A DNA stretch of 64,000 bases from Macrostomum lignano. Lineage: Eukaryota. Both the position numbers and the translations under genes were made by a program. The number at the start of each line of letters is the position of its first letter. Position 1 is the stretch's first letter. Shown in pieces: positions 63,191 through 64,000 of this stretch. Below the pieces are notes generated by a model. The model searched no databases and had not been told where the DNA came from. It was given only the letters and a program-made list of their open reading frames with translations. The stretch is from the NCBI GenBank assembly GCA_002269645.1, contig NIVC01002127.1, positions 44,240 to 108,239 of the forward strand. The letters are read 5' to 3'.

Positions 63191-64000
63191 GACTTACTTA
63201 CTTGACTTAGCTGCAGGACAGTCCGAAGACGCAGCGGGAAGGCGAGAGTCGCCCATTCCGCTAAACCCTGGTGACCCGCTTCGGCAATGGTGCGGGCCGG
63301 TCAGGGTGGTCCGCCAGTACGTGCTGCAGCATTCTCTTCGTTTGGGAAGAAAGAGGCTCCTCTAGTTGCCCGAAGGGACCGGACGAGCCGTAAGATGTTC
63401 TCAGGTCTACAAACGTCATCAATAGATAGTTTTGGACCGATGTAGTTTAGCCGGTTCCTGGTAAAGAACGGGAATTGACAAACGAAATGCTGAGCGTCTT
63501 CGTTGTCGTAATCGCAAAATGGGCACAGAAAGCAGTGCCTAGCGAAGCAGCCATGCCCGTGAGGGTCATAGCAAGAGCCCGGATGTCCTTCCTGCTTTGG
63601 TTCAGGAGGACAGTTCGGAGCTTTCGGGATGGACGAGGGACCGCCGCACGCGATTGGCGGCAGGTAGTGAGGTTCATCCATCTGTCCCTGTGCAGGGCGG
63701 AGGCCCAGGCATCAATGCTACGAATGATGGTGGCCGCAGGGATTGGAGCCAAGGGCAGAGGTCCCTGAAGGGAGCCGCCGCTCCCTTGCTTTGCTAGCGA
63801 GTCGGTAGCTCGTTTCCAGGATCCATTTGAGCAGGACAGCATTTCTGCGTCCCAGCGTATTGAGCAAGAGCTAATAGCAAGGACCTCGTTCTGGAAGACA
63901 GTAGAGAGTTTTCGAGTGTGCTGGGCATACGTGGCGAGCACGCGGCCATTGATAAGAATGCAGACCCCAAAGCCGGAGAGACCGTCTTTTAGGGATCCGT
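63191..64000 (-). mobile_element. 3' end of a degenerate RNase H-containing non-LTR retrotransposon (I/Loa/R1 group), antisense in NCAPH intron 3
   Basis: GSLKDGLSGFGV...STVFQNEVLAI...RATDSLAKQGS (RNase H with internal deletion), then a CPFC...HFVC knuckle, and a (TAAG)n-like tail at 63191-63210. Confidence 0.75.

Noticed and set aside
63211-63365. Apparent NCAPH exon 4 after ACTTGACTTAG
   Set aside because: It gives a stop after 17 codons and no kleisin C-terminal motif; the apparent acceptor is the reverse complement of the LINE (TAAG)n tail.

Overview
Eukaryotic (invertebrate animal) genomic DNA with AT-rich intergenic sequence, GC-richer exons, GT-AG introns and very dense repeats. The style resembles Macrostomum-type flatworms, but that is inference only. 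Five protein-coding loci were reconstructed by hand from splice phases: (1) a six-exon DIDO1/PHF3-like PHD + SPOC gene (+, 9239-16620) that seems to lack the TFIIS-central domain; (2) a type II membrane TNF-superfamily ligand of Eiger/EDA type (-, ~21000-18344), split into short exons that the ORF track shows only as unlinked pieces, with a tRNA-Asp(GTC) gene 37 nt past its inferred stop on the same strand; (3) an atypical rhodopsin-class GPCR (-, 27460-26273) with one frameshift; (4) a DEG/ENaC channel (+, 31351-33218); (5) the first three exons of condensin kleisin NCAPH/Barren (+, 55256-62327, continuing past the window). Nearly every long intron holds its own minisatellite array, and one 28-bp array is shared by two genes 43 kb apart. 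The rest is a transposon landscape: at least four non-autonomous hAT-type families with 8-bp TSDs nested up to three deep, a degenerate mariner, an EnSpm/CMC relic, a head-to-tail Helitron dimer just upstream of NCAPH, tRNA-derived SINEs, probable solo LTRs and the 3' end of an RNase H-bearing LINE. Most long ORFs in the supplied track are artefacts of tandem repeats. No database searches were run; family assignments rest on recognised motifs.
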